The notes under the pieces: generated by a model | Told to the model about the DNA's origin: nothing | The model's input: only the letters and a program-made list of their open reading frames with translations | Database searches by the model: none | Assembly: GCF_002113885.1 (NCBI RefSeq) | Contig: NW_018405300.1 | Span: forward strand, 320,883 to 384,882 | Source: Mizuhopecten yessoensis | Lineage: Eukaryota | Direction of reading: 5' to 3' | Length of the DNA: 64,000 bases | Made by a program: the position numbers and the translations under genes | Shown: positions 62,101-64,000 of the stretch, one piece after another | Layout: every line of letters starts with the position of its first letter | Position numbering within the stretch: position 1 is the first letter of the stretch

Positions 62101-63717
62101 TGAAAAGTAAAAAACTTGTTATTGCTGTCCTTACAACAGCTGTCTTTGTAACAATGTTGCCTTGACTCTCAAATTTCCCTCGTCTTTTAATAATGATTTC
62201 ATAGACTGAAAGTAGCTACAGATAACAAAACGGAGTCACCTGACTGGTGTGACTATCTAGCATAAGAGAAAATATTGTTTATAGAAAAAACTCAGCTAGC
62301 CTATTGTGACATTAGAAATAAAACAATTTCAAGGTGTCACAGCATTGTGATGGTACAAATGAAAAAGGAATGTAGTCAAAATGATATTTCAGTTTTCGAC
62401 AAGTCGGAAGAGAAAAAAATAAATTCAGGAATATTTGCAATAAATCATGAAATGATGAAAATTTCCACAAATTTTCATTTTAGAACCTCACTGACTGGCT
62501 TGATGAAAAAGTCATTATAGACTAACTTGATCAATCTTATATGAATGGAAAATCATTAAAAAAAATCTCTTTCTGATTTTTGTTTTCTCAAAAAATGCAA
62601 TTGCATGCATATTCCTAACAAAACTACATTGATCTGACAATTTTCCTACTCCAAAATTTTCCATTTTTGTTTCAGAAAATGAAGATATATGTATAGTAGA
62701 ACGACTGTTCTCTAGTAGCTTGGTAGCAATAGTAAGCTTGTCATCTCCAAGGAAACTGAAAGTATGTCACTTCAAAAAAGGCACAGAAATATGCAATTAC
62801 AGCTATTCCAATTCTATACTGGCTGTAAGGCTAAATCGACAGGTGAGTTAGCAGTTTACTGGTCCACATTTAACATTGGAGAGTTTGAGATCAACAGATA
62901 TTATCTTTTAATGCAAAAATTAAAACTGAGAAACATTACTTCCAAAACTCTAAAACATATCTTACATGAGAGAAACACTAACATTGATTTCTTTGAGAGA
63001 TGCAGACAAAGATGTGTGATATTTGCATGATTTATCAAGACTATTCAGAGTATTCCTGATCAGTATATAGAGATACATTTGATGGCACACTACAGTCTGT
63101 GGTATTAATGTATATTTCCTTTATTCAGAGACTCATTGTGTGTTTGGAGGAGAGTTTGTACATTCACAATATTCGCGACATGAAAGTTCTTCACACAATA
63201 CGTGACACCCCCCCAAATCGGAATGGACTTTGTGCATTATCAATAAACAATGACAATTGTTTCTTAGCCTACCCTGGTAGTAATCAAATAGGAGAGGTCC
63301 AGATATTTGACACAATGAATCTAGTAAGTATATATTCATGTTTGATGGTAAGAATTTAGTAAGTATTTGTGTTTGATATAAGGTGGTACATGGTTAACTC
63401 AAAGCTTTTAAGAATGGTCATCAAGGAAACTGATGTGTTAAAATTTAACCATGGAAAACTTTTGAAATCTAATTTATTCAGTGACTCAACTTGACTGCTT
63501 CTAATTTGAAACACAAGCATTTGAAACCATTATGTAAATTAAGTACATGTACTGTCAATTTCAATACCTTCCTGCATAAAGATGTTCAGTTATATTGTCT
63601 TTTGAACTATGTATGTACTTTCAGAGAGCAGTTATAATGATACCAGCACATGATAATCCATTAGCAGCGTTGGCATTCAATAACCAAGGGACTAAAATAG
63701 CAACAGCATCAGAAAAG
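59169..63717 (+). CDS. WIPI2: WD-repeat phosphoinositide-interacting protein 2 (Atg18 family), exons 1-5; gene continues beyond the window
   Basis: Exons 59169-59239, 59356-59438, 62676-62842, 63129-63323, 63625-63717. Peptides [14 protein letters not shown]...[17 protein letters not shown]; [38 protein letters not shown]; [30 protein letters not shown]; [13 protein letters not shown]...ATASEK. Confidence 0.96.
59890..61107 (+). mobile_element. 5'-truncated CR1/L2-group LINE in WIPI2 intron 2
   Basis: [27 protein letters not shown] (mutated ADD), [18 protein letters not shown] and YSFFP; one in-frame stop; (GAA)n tail. Flanks GAAGTGTCACACTTT / GAAGTGTTCGCACTTT resemble a decayed TSD. Confidence 0.9.
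61537..61873 (-). mobile_element. Degraded TRIM of the second tRNA-LTR family in WIPI2 intron 2
   Basis: Two direct repeats TGTAA(A/C)A...AAATGCA...ACCGG...CTACA (61537-~61661 and ~61748-61873). Internal TTTACAACCCAG...AAGCATTCA is shared with 20050-20098. Flanks are TACT/TAAT. Confidence 0.7.
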
Positions 63718-64000
63718 GTTTCAATCTTACAAATTTGTTGGGCTTCAAGGCTCTAAAATTAAGTACCATTATGTGATGTATCAGTATTATGTTTAAAAGT
63801 GTAAGCTGCTGTTTACTTGGAGCTACAGTTGTAGTGTCTATCGTGGTTCTGCCTGGTCAATGTACTGGTGATTTACTAGTTTATAGGGTCAATGTACTGG
63901 TGATTTACTAGTTTATAGAGACCAAATTTTGAACTTACTTGACTTTTAACAAGAATTCATGTTTTAGAGGGGGCAATTTCAAAATTCAGATATATTCTGA

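Overview
AT-rich, intron-rich animal genomic DNA. The repeat landscape suggests a bivalve mollusc, probably an oyster; this is inference. Four spliced genes can be assembled by hand. C17orf75/Njmu-R1 (minus strand, 12 coding exons, 406 aa) contains a U12-type AT-AC intron. MEIOB (plus strand, 13 exons, 500 aa) lies head-to-head with it across about 345 bp. A short two-RRM + RGG nucleolin-like gene (minus strand, about 280 aa) and the first five exons of WIPI2/Atg18 (plus strand, running off the window) follow. The rest is repeats: six minisatellite arrays, three L1/Tx1 insertions with target-site duplications (one with an uninterrupted ORF2 of about 1100 codons), CR1/L2 and RTE-X-like LINE fragments, MULE and mariner relics, Helentron-type satellite elements and MITEs. 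The least expected observations are: (i) tiny CA...TG palindromes flanked by 7-bp direct repeats that resemble P-element excision footprints; (ii) four TRIM retroelements of two families with tRNA-like sequence in their LTRs, one inside the AT-AC intron; (iii) a minimal hammerhead ribozyme motif in an intron; (iv) a tandem array that multiplies a real splice donor; (v) a degenerate array with a conserved palindromic core. Most short ORFs in the supplied track are not genes. All protein assignments rest on recalled homology, not on searches.
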